From: Candidatus Sumerlaeaceae bacterium
GTDB lineage: Bacteria; Sumerlaeota; Sumerlaeia; Sumerlaeales; Sumerlaeaceae
Length of the DNA: 64,000 nt
NCBI GenBank assembly: GCA_051003195.1
Contig: JBPCLP010000021.1
Coordinates: 224,001-288,000, forward strand
Reading direction: 5' to 3'
Below the pieces are notes generated by a model. The model was not told the origin of the DNA. It ran no database searches and saw nothing but the letters and a program-made list of their open reading frames with translations. Made by a program: the position numbers and the translations under genes. Positions 38,789-47,991 of this stretch are shown here, in pieces. The stretch's first letter is position 1; the number at the start of each line of letters is the position of its first letter.

Positions 38789-41700
38789 TTACGCAGACAG
38801 AAGAGGCAGCTTCGTGGAAAGGCTTCCGCAGTTTTGCTGCATCTGTGTATAAAGCGCGTCTATCTGCTGCCGAAGTGCTTTCTGTTCAGGGTTGGCATCT
38901 GTAGAATCGATAATTCGCCCTGAGACAAGGTCTGCAATCTGCATGTGCACGAGGATACCTGCCGTTGCCAGGATTGCGGTTTGATATACCGCCAGCCGTT
39001 CTACAATAGTCCGACTTTCCGCGTTCGGTGCTACGACCAGCAGTTGCGAACCATCGTGGCCAGACAACTCCAGATCCGGCCGCATCGAAATCAGGAATCC
39101 GTGTAATGCGACCGTTGTCGAAGTTCCACTGCGGAATTGTCTGTCCGGCTCAAGTTTCCCCAATAGATCCCATGCAAGCGCCAGTTGCGTTGAGATCGAA
39201 GTTCGTTCGCTCTGTTGAAACGTTGTCTTGTTCAGGGCAGTAATTGACACATGCGCCGCATTGCCAGACCCTCGGTGAAGTTGAGCAGCGCCTGCAGCAA
39301 ACGCATGGCGAAACAGGAGGTATTCCCGCGCTACCGCTGGAGCGATCGCGGTCGCAAGCAGCACGTCCAACGCTATCGCAATCTCTGCGGCAGGAGCCGC
39401 AGGCGGACTGAATGGTATGCGTTTCAAATGCTGCGGTTCAGCAGGACGCTCCCAATCCAGATCGATTTCCAGGCGCTGACGAATCGTGTTCCGCTTCTGT
39501 TCAAATCTTCCGTCATGCAGGGCGATTGAGGCTGCCGGTTTTTCTTCCCGGTTATCTGCTGAGTCGCTCTCATGTTTTGAAGGACTCGAAGCAGTACGCC
39601 GCGTAATAGATAGATTGGACAGGTGCGGCAGCATCCATCCATAAAAGGAATCCTGCTCTTGTGTTCCCCCCGCGGTTGCACTTAAAAACAGGTTATCTTT
39701 GCACCGCGTCATCGCGACGTACAGCACCCGCTTTTCTTCGCTGAACGCGCGCTCTTTCTTTTGCCTGGCAAGGTGGCTGGTCAAAAACAGCTTTGGTTTC
39801 TCGGCGGACAGCGTTTTCTGCAAAGCGAGCCACTCGTGACCATCCGTGAGTACTTCTTCGGAGCGCGCCTTTATTGGCTCGGCGAGTTCCGGCAGAAACA
39901 CGGTGTCGAACTCCAGACCTTTCGCGGCATGGATGGTCATGATCTGTACCGTATGTTTTCGGGTGGTATGAACTGTTGCCTCCCCCTGGCCGCCGGTATC
40001 AAAGGATTCGCTCTCCACGTAGGCCAGAAACTCGGCCACATCGGTACTTTGCATTGCGCGGCTAAGCTCGACAAATCGCTGCACGTTGGCAAGTGACTGT
40101 GAGCCCCTTGCGCTTGCACCGAAAATCACACGAGCCCCTGTGAGTTGTACGATCGCCGTGAGCAGATCACCGAGATCTGAAAAGCCAACCATTTGCGTTA
40201 GCTGGTGGATTATAGTCGTCAGCTGGTTAAGTCGGCACAGATCTTCCTGCTGCAGCGCTAGTTGCTCTGAGTTCGTATTATTATACCCGCTCCCTGCGGC
40301 CCTACAGCACTTGTCCCAAAAGGTGCGACCGCGCCCGAGCGCTATCTTCAGCAGCAGGTCATCCGGGAAATTGAAGAGTGCACCCCGGCAGACTTCCAGT
40401 ACTGTACGGTCTTCGTGCGGGTTTTCGAGCAGTCGCAGCACCGCGACCAGATCCAGCACTTCGGGCTGCTCGTAAAGACCTTTTCCCCGGTGCGTTACAT
40501 ATGGAATGTCGCGCGAGCGAAGAGCGCGCTCGTAGGTTTCGAAGTGTTTTCGCTTCCGTAGCAGGATGGCAATCGTTCCGGCTGGGCCTTCCGCTGCCAG
40601 CAGCTCCTTTATTTCCCGCGCTACGACTTCCGCTTCACCACAGTCTTCGGGGTCTTCCTCAGTATCGTCGCCCCGCTGCCTCTGGGCCCTATGGCAAAGC
40701 AGCAATGTCGTTTGCCCTGGAGGATCAAGCCGCTGGGGCTCAAGCGCTTCGAACGCGACTTCATGTACAGATTGAGATACATCCATCAATTGCGCAAAAA
40801 GCTCGTTCACTGCACGCAATGGAGTCGAAAGAGATCGGAAATTATAAGCGATCGAGACATGCCCGCGGCATTCATCGGCCGGGTTACTATCAATCACCAG
40901 ATCACGGACGTGGGCAAAGAGTGTGCTGCTGGCCTGGCGAAACCCGTATACTCCCTGCTTCGGGTCGCCGACCATAAAAAAGCGACGCGGCAGCATGCGT
41001 GTGTCGTCCGCGCAAACAATTGGCCCGAGAATACGCCATTGCAGTTCGCTGGTGTCCTGGAATTCGTCCACGATGAGGTAGCGAACCCGATCGCGCAGCT
41101 TCATGCGGACTGCCGCATTGGATATAATTAACCGCTCCGCGAGCAGTTCCAGGTCCGTAAAATCCAGAAGGTCCACTTCATCGGCGGAATTGGCAGCGCT
41201 GCGCGACTGGCCGTATACTTCCTCCGCACGGAAGTACAGCCGGGCCAGCATCGCGGCCAGCGTGACGCTCTGCCGGTCATCGGTCCCAAGCTCCATGGCC
41301 GCGGCTTCTGCCGAGGCATTGCAGGCATTGAGCAGCCGCTGCACACATTCCTGATGATTTGCTAATCCGAGCGATTTCTCGAGCGCTTTGCGCAGTGTTC
41401 CATCTTTTGTGAACAGTACCGCCTGGACCTCGCAGGCCAGTTCTATAAAATCCGTCCATCTGTCGTGCTCTTCAACGGTCGTACTCAGGCGATCCGCCAA
41501 TGGCCGTAGAAGCGGTTCGCTTGCGGTGCCGACTGCTTCCATAAGCGCGCCCAAACAACGCAGCAGATCGTTTTGTAGCTGCTCCTTGCTGGAACCTGCG
41601 GCCTGGCCGCACAATACCTCCAGCTCGGCAAAAATCTTTTCCTCAGGTTCGCTCACATAGCGGTGGCATGGTGGACCAAATTCCGCGCGCCGCGCCAGCA

Positions 41701-42241
41701 TGGTCTCCAGCATTCCATAAAGCTGCCGCTGGGTATAAACGACCTGCAACGTAAGGAGATCGGTGTATTCGCGTCGGTTCTCATCCGTCATTGCTTCCGC
41801 AACAGCCTGACGTACCGCATCACGCCGGAGTGAAGATTCCTGTGCTCCTTCCACAATGGCGAAGTCGGGGTTCAACCGGGCATCAAATGCGAACTCGCGC
41901 AGAGTCCGGCTGCAGAAATTGTGAATAGTCCCGATTGGCGCCCCGGCCACTTCGCGACGCAGCTCCAACAGTCTTGCCCGGCGCTCCGGTAATGCGCTGC
42001 CGCTCGCCAGCTCTTCGCGCACGCGCTTCACAATCCGCTGCCGGAGTTCGTTCGCAGCCTTGATCGTAAAGGTAATCGCCACGACGGATTCGATTGGCCA
42101 ATCCGGATGCTCGTCCACCAGCAGACGAAAATATTTCTCCACCAGGACGCGCGTTTTGCCCGATCCTGCACCAGCCGACACTGCGACATTACCAGGGTAT
42201 TCAAGCGCGAGCTGCTGCTGGGGTTTAAAGCTGAACGACAT
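38789..42241 (-). CDS. UvrD-family helicase, AddA/RecB-like
   Basis: 'AGAGSGKT', 'DEFQD', 'VGDPKQGVYGFR', 'MTIHAAKGLEF', 'EEKRVLYVAMTR'. C-terminal nuclease motifs are degenerate. Confidence 0.9.
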   Translation of the reverse strand: MSFSFKPQQQLALEYPGNVAVSAGAGSGKTRVLVEKYFRLLVDEHPDWPIESVVAITFTIKAANELRQRIVKRVREELASGSALPERRARLLELRREVAGAPIGTIHNFCSRTLREFAFDARLNPDFAIVEGAQESSLRRDAVRQAVAEAMTDENRREYTDLLTLQVVYTQRQLYGMLETMLARRAEFGPPCHRYVSEPEEKIFAELEVLCGQAAGSSKEQLQNDLLRCLGALMEAVGTASEPLLRPLADRLSTTVEEHDRWTDFIELACEVQAVLFTKDGTLRKALEKSLGLANHQECVQRLLNACNASAEAAAMELGTDDRQSVTLAAMLARLYFRAEEVYGQSRSAANSADEVDLLDFTDLELLAERLIISNAAVRMKLRDRVRYLIVDEFQDTSELQWRILGPIVCADDTRMLPRRFFMVGDPKQGVYGFRQASSTLFAHVRDLVIDSNPADECRGHVSIAYNFRSLSTPLRAVNELFAQLMDVSQSVHEVAFEALEPQRLDPPGQTTLLLCHRAQRQRGDDTEEDPEDCGEAEVVAREIKELLAAEGPAGTIAILLRKRKHFETYERALRSRDIPYVTHRGKGLYEQPEVLDLVAVLRLLENPHEDRTVLEVCRGALFNFPDDLLLKIALGRGRTFWDKCCRAAGSGYNNTNSEQLALQQEDLCRLNQLTTIIHQLTQMVGFSDLGDLLTAIVQLTGARVIFGASARGSQSLANVQRFVELSRAMQSTDVAEFLAYVESESFDTGGQGEATVHTTRKHTVQIMTIHAAKGLEFDTVFLPELAEPIKARSEEVLTDGHEWLALQKTLSAEKPKLFLTSHLARQKKERAFSEEKRVLYVAMTRCKDNLFLSATAGGTQEQDSFYGWMLPHLSNLSITRRTASSPSKHESDSADNREEKPAASIALHDGRFEQKRNTIRQRLEIDLDWERPAEPQHLKRIPFSPPAAPAAEIAIALDVLLATAIAPAVAREYLLFRHAFAAGAAQLHRGSGNAAHVSITALNKTTFQQSERTSISTQLALAWDLLGKLEPDRQFRSGTSTTVALHGFLISMRPDLELSGHDGSQLLVVAPNAESRTIVERLAVYQTAILATAGILVHMQIADLVSGRIIDSTDANPEQKALRQQIDALYTQMQQNCGSLSTKLPLLSA

Positions 42242-42252
42242 CCCCGCTCTTA

Positions 42253-43896
42253 CTAAATGTCGATACCGGCGAGCTGCGTTACGCCTGTCGGGTGCATTTT
42301 GAAATTCGTGACACGTTTGCGGATGGCGAGAGTCTGCTTGGCGTGATTCAATATGATGAAGGGCGGGTTTGCCGCCAGCATCTGCTCTGCTCGTTTGTAC
42401 ATTTCAGCGCGTTTGTTCTCGTCCTTTTCCATGGAGGCATCTCGCATGAGCTTTGTGGCTTCGGGGTTCACGTAATTGGAATCGTTATCTTCGCGCCCTG
42501 CCAGCTCATAAATAAAGTTATCTGGATCACCATTGTCCGACACCCATCCCGAATTCGCCATCTGGTAGTCCTTTGCCTTGGTCTTGCTTAGAAAGGTGGA
42601 AAACTCCATCTGATCGATCTTTGTGGTTACACCCACCTTCGAAAGATCCTGCTGAATGCGCTCTGCCAGCTTGATACCAACCGGGTAGTAAATGCGCGGA
42701 CGATCGTGCGACGAGAACGTAACCGTGAACCCGTTTGGAAATCCAGCCTCGGCCAGCAATGCTTTCGCCTTGCCCGGATCGTACGGAAAACCGGGCAGTT
42801 CGGATGAGTGGCCCAGCATGCCGGGGGGAATTACGGTCTTTGCGGCGACACTGGAACCAGCGAATAGAGTGTTCACTATGTACTGGCGGTCGATGGCGTA
42901 ACAAAGGGCCAGGCGCACCTTCGGATTATCGAATGGTGATCGCTGGTTATTGAGGGAGATATATCCAAGGTTCATCGATGGCTCGCTGATGACGGCGATG
43001 GCCGGGTCTTCGCGGAGCATGGGAATAGCGGTCGGCTCTATACCGGAAATAACGTCTATTTCCCCTTTGCGCAGGCTGTTCATTCGAACGTTTGCGTCAC
43101 GCAGGATCCGAATTCGAACTTCATCGAGTTTGGCAGGTGTGCCCCAGTACTTCGGATTTTTATCGATGGTAACTGCCTCGTCGCGCCGATAATTGCGGAG
43201 CGCGAAGGGTCCGGTCCCAACCATGGTGGTATTGAAATCTTTGCCATATGTACGAACCGCTGCCGGGCAGACAATGGAAGCTGGCGTCATCGCCATATTC
43301 TTGAGAAAGGGGGTGTAAGGCCGCGCAAGTGTGAACGTCACCGTATGAGCGTCCGTCGCGGAAACATCCGTGACCAGTTGCGTTTCCGTGCTGGTACGGT
43401 CGCCGTACAGGAAATTGGCATAGCGCATTTTGCCGGGGACGTGAAAGGGATGATTTGAATCCGTCTGGCGCATGACTGAAAAAACGACAGCATCCGCGTC
43501 CACTGGAGAGCCGTCGTGGAAGGTGGCATTATGGCGCAGATGAAATGTCCACTTCAGCCCGTCCTCCGACATTTCCCACTTTTCGGCGATCGCCGGCTCG
43601 ACTTCCACAGAGTCTGGCTTGAATTTGACCAGGCCTTCGTACACCTGCTGCGCAACGAGCGCCGATTCGATATCCGTGATGAGCGCCGGGTCCATGTTGG
43701 ACAGGTCATTGCCAATCGCGTAGCTGAGCACCTTGCGTCCTGATTCCGCTCTACCACCGGCAGCGGACTTGCGCCGCGAACCTCCGTCACCGCAACCAGG
43801 CAGCAGCAGGGCAGCCCCCAGACCCATCACCGCGATCCTGAAGCATGTTCTCTTAAGCTGAACTAAAACGGGTTGCGCCGACGTTGACAACGCCAC
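42253..43896 (-). CDS. ABC transporter peptide-binding lipoprotein (DppA/OppA, SBP family 5)
   Basis: GGAGG before GTG 43896; lipobox LLPGC; 'FHDGSPVDADAVVFS', 'GTGPF', 'KVRLALCYAIDR', 'GWVSDNGDPDNF'. Confidence 0.92.
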   Translation of the reverse strand: MALSTSAQPVLVQLKRTCFRIAVMGLGAALLLPGCGDGGSRRKSAAGGRAESGRKVLSYAIGNDLSNMDPALITDIESALVAQQVYEGLVKFKPDSVEVEPAIAEKWEMSEDGLKWTFHLRHNATFHDGSPVDADAVVFSVMRQTDSNHPFHVPGKMRYANFLYGDRTSTETQLVTDVSATDAHTVTFTLARPYTPFLKNMAMTPASIVCPAAVRTYGKDFNTTMVGTGPFALRNYRRDEAVTIDKNPKYWGTPAKLDEVRIRILRDANVRMNSLRKGEIDVISGIEPTAIPMLREDPAIAVISEPSMNLGYISLNNQRSPFDNPKVRLALCYAIDRQYIVNTLFAGSSVAAKTVIPPGMLGHSSELPGFPYDPGKAKALLAEAGFPNGFTVTFSSHDRPRIYYPVGIKLAERIQQDLSKVGVTTKIDQMEFSTFLSKTKAKDYQMANSGWVSDNGDPDNFIYELAGREDNDSNYVNPEATKLMRDASMEKDENKRAEMYKRAEQMLAANPPFIILNHAKQTLAIRKRVTNFKMHPTGVTQLAGIDI

Positions 43897-43991
43897 TAAG
43901 CCCCTCCACCTGACCAGTAGTTGCACAATAGACCAGTCCATTCTGCGCTGGCACACCGCCAGTAAGTCAAACGAAAGCCAAACTCTCCAAA

Positions 43992-45002
43992 ATGAGCCAA
44001 AAAGTACACAATGTGAGCCTGATACCGGGCGATGGAATTGGTCCCGAAGTCGTGGATGCCACGGTTCGAATTATAGAAGCGACGGGGGTTCGCTTCAATT
44101 GGGACCGACTGGAAGCTGGCGGCGGAGTGGCCATGAAGTATGGTACTCCCCTGCCGGAGCACGTTTTCACGTCGATCATCCGCAACGGCGTCGCGCTGAA
44201 GGGGCCCATTACAACTCCTATCGGCGGTGGCTTTGCCAGCGTGAACGTGACAATCCGCCAGAAACTAAACCTTTATGCAAATCTGCGCCCGGCGCACAGC
44301 TTGCCTGCGATTAAAACACGTTACGAGGATATCGACCTCGTGGTGGTGCGGGAAAACACTGAGGACTTGTACGCTGGCCTGGAGCACATTGTAGTTCCCG
44401 GTGTTGTCGAAAGCCTGAAAATTATCACCGAAAAGGCATCGACCGCGATTGCGAAGTTCGCATTCGATTATGCCGAGAAAAACGGTCGCAAGCTCGTGAC
44501 CGCGGTCCACAAAGCGAACATCATGAAGTTGTCAGACGGACTGTTTCTCGACTGCTGCCGAAAAATCTCCAAGCTGTACCCCGACATTGAATACAAGGAA
44601 GTCATTGTCGACAATCTGTGCATGCAACTCGTCACAAACCCAAACCAGTACGATGTGCTGTTGATGGAGAATCTCTACGGAGACATTGTGAGCGACCTGT
44701 GCGCAGGATTAGTCGGTGGCCTGGGCGTTGTTCCGGCGGCGAATATCGGTGAAGGGATTGCCGTCTTCGAGGCCGTCCACGGAAGTGCGCCGGACATCGC
44801 CGGGCGTAACATCGCGAACCCGACCGCCGTGCTCTTCAGCGGATTGTTGATGCTGAAGCATCTGGGTGAAATGGAAGCCGCGCAGCGCATTCACAAAGCG
44901 GTGCTGCAGGTCATGGCGGAGGCGAAGAGCCTGACCCGCGACGTGGGCGGGAGCGTCGGCACCAGTGAATATGCAGACGCGATCATCGCGAAGCTGCAGT
45001 AG
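43992..45002 (+). CDS. NAD-dependent isocitrate dehydrogenase-like (isocitrate/isopropylmalate dehydrogenase family)
   Basis: 'IPGDGIGPEV', 'LKGPITTP', 'RENTEDLY', 'HKANIMK', 'NLYGDIVSDL', 'EAVHGSAPDIAG'. Confidence 0.92.
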   Translation: MSQKVHNVSLIPGDGIGPEVVDATVRIIEATGVRFNWDRLEAGGGVAMKYGTPLPEHVFTSIIRNGVALKGPITTPIGGGFASVNVTIRQKLNLYANLRPAHSLPAIKTRYEDIDLVVVRENTEDLYAGLEHIVVPGVVESLKIITEKASTAIAKFAFDYAEKNGRKLVTAVHKANIMKLSDGLFLDCCRKISKLYPDIEYKEVIVDNLCMQLVTNPNQYDVLLMENLYGDIVSDLCAGLVGGLGVVPAANIGEGIAVFEAVHGSAPDIAGRNIANPTAVLFSGLLMLKHLGEMEAAQRIHKAVLQVMAEAKSLTRDVGGSVGTSEYADAIIAKLQ

Positions 45003-46203
45003 AGTCCGTATTTTCGGTGAGCGCGCTCGGACTGAATGGTAGCAGGTCCAGGTATCTGCTGACAAACTGCTCTGTCGTGAATTGTGTGAGCGCCCGTTGG
45101 CGCCCCGCCTGGCCAAGCCGGCTGGCCAACACTTGATCACCGAGCAACCGACGTATGGCGCCAGCCACTTCTTCTGCCGATTCGGGATTCACCAGCAAGC
45201 CAGTTTCTTCATGCACGACCGCATCCGGTGCGCCACCGCTACGTCCGGCAATGACAGGCTTGCCCGCCAGGCCTGCTTCCAGAAAGACGATCCCGAAACC
45301 TTCCCGCTCACCATCCGACATTTGGCGGTTCGGCATGCAGAAGATATCTGCGATGGCGTAAACCGAGCGGCTGTCCTGCACCGTACCGAGGAACCGCACG
45401 ACCTGTTCGATGCCGAGTTCCCCGGCAAGGTTCTGCAACCGCGGCAGATCCGAACCTTCTCCGATGACCAGATAAACCAGGTCTGGAAACTCGCCTGTAA
45501 GGATCTTAACTGCGCGTAAAGTAACGTCGATTCCCTTCCGTGGCGCCAGGCGCCCGAGGGTCAGCAACACGCGCTTTCCATCAAGTCCCAGTTGCTGCCG
45601 CAGTGCATGCACTTGCAGCGGGTCCGGTGGTTCAGAGTCATTTACCGCAGGCGGAATTACGTGTACCTTTTTATCGAGCCCGCTTTCAAGTGCATCGATC
45701 TCACGGGCGCTGTCGGATGTCAGACAAGTGATCTCATCCGCTGCTTCGAGCGCAACCGTCAGCATTCCCCGCATTCGCGTTCCGCGCGAGTACATAGTCA
45801 CATCTTCGCCATACGTCATCACGATGTTTTTAAGCCACGGCCGCATACGTTTCACGGCGGCGGCCACATTGCCCAGCGGTAGCGCGTGACCAACAAGCAG
45901 CACATCGACATGCTTGATCGCGAGCACCTGCCTGAATAGAAGCGGAACGATCAGAAATCGCGCGATTCGGCTGACCAGTGGCCGCCGTGAGCCCCCGAGC
46001 TGAAACAGGCGATTCCATGCACGGCTACGGATAATCCGGTATGACTCGCCGGCATCGAATTGCTCAGCACCGCGTACCAAAGGTGTAAGTACCGTCACGT
46101 TGTGCCCCGTCGCTATGAATCCACGGGCGAGGTCGAGTAACATTTTCTCTGATCCGCCCAGCATCGGCGCAAAGGTATCGCACAGCATCAGCACGTGTGC
46201 CAT
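44983..46203 (-). CDS. GT4 family glycosyltransferase (PimB-like)
   Basis: 'GRLAPRKGID', 'EGFGIVFLEA', 'SGGAPDAV'. Confidence 0.93.
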   Translation of the reverse strand: MAHVLMLCDTFAPMLGGSEKMLLDLARGFIATGHNVTVLTPLVRGAEQFDAGESYRIIRSRAWNRLFQLGGSRRPLVSRIARFLIVPLLFRQVLAIKHVDVLLVGHALPLGNVAAAVKRMRPWLKNIVMTYGEDVTMYSRGTRMRGMLTVALEAADEITCLTSDSAREIDALESGLDKKVHVIPPAVNDSEPPDPLQVHALRQQLGLDGKRVLLTLGRLAPRKGIDVTLRAVKILTGEFPDLVYLVIGEGSDLPRLQNLAGELGIEQVVRFLGTVQDSRSVYAIADIFCMPNRQMSDGEREGFGIVFLEAGLAGKPVIAGRSGGAPDAVVHEETGLLVNPESAEEVAGAIRRLLGDQVLASRLGQAGRQRALTQFTTEQFVSRYLDLLPFSPSALTENTDSTAASR

Positions 46204-46209
46204 GCAGCT

Positions 46210-47616
46210 CTACTGAGTGGCCTTCCATCGACCCCTGGTGAAATCCGGAAACTTCACGGGGGCGCTGCCTTGCGCGACGGACATTTCGCTGAGCGGAGCA
46301 GGCGCGCTCCAGGCCGCAGCATCATATACGTCCATGTCGGGTGCCAGCCCTTCGCGCATACACTGAATCAGGCGGTAGCTCATGATAAAATCCATGCCGC
46401 CGTGTCCGCCCTGCTTGCGCGCCAGCTCTCCCACCTGCTTCCATAGTGGATGTTCATGCTCTTCCTTGAACGCATCAAGCGTCTGCCAGGCGTGCTTTTC
46501 CTGTCCGTCAAAAAAGATGCGGGCCGGATAATCGCAGAAGGTTCCCCTGGTTCCGGAAATCAGGTTGAGGCGATCATACGGCCGCGGGCTCACTACGTCA
46601 TGCTGCAGCATGATGGTGCGGCCCTTCACGGTTTTAATAATGGAGGTGTTCATGTCGCCGCACTTATACTTTTCCTTCCAGCGCGGATCCTCCTTCGGAA
46701 TGTGAGCCGCACGGTGCGCCTCCAGCCCGAACTGCGGCGAACTGGCCGACACAAGGTAGTCGAACCTGTCTCCATGATGAATGCCCATATAGCGAGCCAC
46801 CGGGCCGAGACCGTGGGTCGGGTAAAGGTTGCCGTTGCGATCCAGGTGCTCAAACCGTCGCCATAGCCCCTCGCCCTTGCCGTGGAACAGCTCATCGCGC
46901 AAATCGTGAATGTACGCCGCTTCGCCGTGGGTGAGTTCGCCGAAAAGCCCTGCCTTCACCATGTTCAGCACCAGCATTTCATGGTTCCCGTAGCAGCAGT
47001 TTTCCAGCATAATGCAGTGCCGCCGCGTCTTTTCGGAGCATTCGACAAGCTTCCAGCAGTCATCGATTGTTTCGGCCGCGGGAACTTCGACACCAACGTG
47101 TTTCCCCTGGGTCATAGCCGCGACAGCCATGGCGACATGCCAGTCCCAGGGTGTTGCGACATAGACTAAATCGAGATCCTCGCGTTTGCACAGATTCTCA
47201 AAGTCATGTTCGTTACTGGTGTAGAGTTCGGGCGCATGCTGGCCCGCCTTTTCCGCCATGCGCTGTGCGTTTTCGGCCTTCTCTTTAAGGATGTCGCATA
47301 CAGCTTTGACCTCGACGTGCTCAATCGCGAGCAGGTCCTTCAGCAAGTGCGTGCCCCTGCCACCAACGCCGATGATACCCACGCGGACAGTCTCGAATGG
47401 TTTGAACTTCTCGCCTTTCATCGAATGCCCAGGGGCTTTAGAGTCGCCGCGACTCTCGGATTCACCTGACCGACCGAAGCTTACGCCGGCCAGGGTCAGC
47501 CCTCCCGCCGCTGCTGTACCTGCCTTGAGCAACTCGCGGCGTGAGAGTTTCTTATTTTCACTCTCGGAATCACACTCGCCCGAATCCACTATAGGCTGTT
47601 GTTCGTCCTGCGACAT
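46210..47616 (-). CDS. Tat-exported GH109 (Gfo/Idh/MocA fold) alpha-N-acetylgalactosaminidase-like enzyme
   Basis: AGGAG RBS before ATG 47616; Tat motif 'SRRELLK'; 'GVGGRG', 'ATPWDWH', 'MLENCCY', 'YPTHGLGP', 'GHGGMDF', 'FPDFTRGRW'. Confidence 0.93.
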   Translation of the reverse strand: MSQDEQQPIVDSGECDSESENKKLSRRELLKAGTAAAGGLTLAGVSFGRSGESESRGDSKAPGHSMKGEKFKPFETVRVGIIGVGGRGTHLLKDLLAIEHVEVKAVCDILKEKAENAQRMAEKAGQHAPELYTSNEHDFENLCKREDLDLVYVATPWDWHVAMAVAAMTQGKHVGVEVPAAETIDDCWKLVECSEKTRRHCIMLENCCYGNHEMLVLNMVKAGLFGELTHGEAAYIHDLRDELFHGKGEGLWRRFEHLDRNGNLYPTHGLGPVARYMGIHHGDRFDYLVSASSPQFGLEAHRAAHIPKEDPRWKEKYKCGDMNTSIIKTVKGRTIMLQHDVVSPRPYDRLNLISGTRGTFCDYPARIFFDGQEKHAWQTLDAFKEEHEHPLWKQVGELARKQGGHGGMDFIMSYRLIQCMREGLAPDMDVYDAAAWSAPAPLSEMSVAQGSAPVKFPDFTRGRWKATQ

Positions 47617-47665
47617 TGCATTCTCCTGCTGCACCCTGGTTTGCCAGAGAACTCGGTGCTGGTCT

Positions 47666-47934
47666 GGTCTACCGCTAGTTCGTAACCAGTTCCGTGTGCC
47701 GAATCGAGGGTGTCTGGTAATGAACTACTGATTTGGCACACTAGATGATCTCCAAGGTCCCCGTCAATTCTGATCCATGACTTTGATTACAGGGTACCAC
47801 CCCTATCCTATTTGGTTGAACTCCTCTGCGCGGGTACGCCCTTCGCATGCCGAATCAGTAGTTCATTACGAGACCAAAGGGCAGACTTGACCTCGATTCG
47901 GCACACAGAACAGATTACGAACTAACGGTAGACC
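47666..47934. mobile_element. MITE-like / invertible element with nested terminal inverted repeats
   Basis: 44-bp IR (47666-47709 vs 47891-47934, 4 mismatches) plus inner 22-bp IR (47717-47738 vs 47848-47869, 1 mismatch). The terminal 17-mer recurs at 2764-2780. Confidence 0.55.
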
Positions 47935-47991
47935 GCACTGGCAGATGAACGGCGGCAGAATTGTACGTCAGGCCGCGTAGATAGGCTCTAT

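Noticed and set aside
44983..45002. 20-bp convergent overlap between the IDH and GT4 genes
   Set aside because: Short 3' overlaps are common and no function is evident.
47666..47934. Integron attC site
   Set aside because: The GTT/AAC core orientation is opposite to RYYYAAC...GTTRRRY, the element is too long, and there is no integrase or cassette array.
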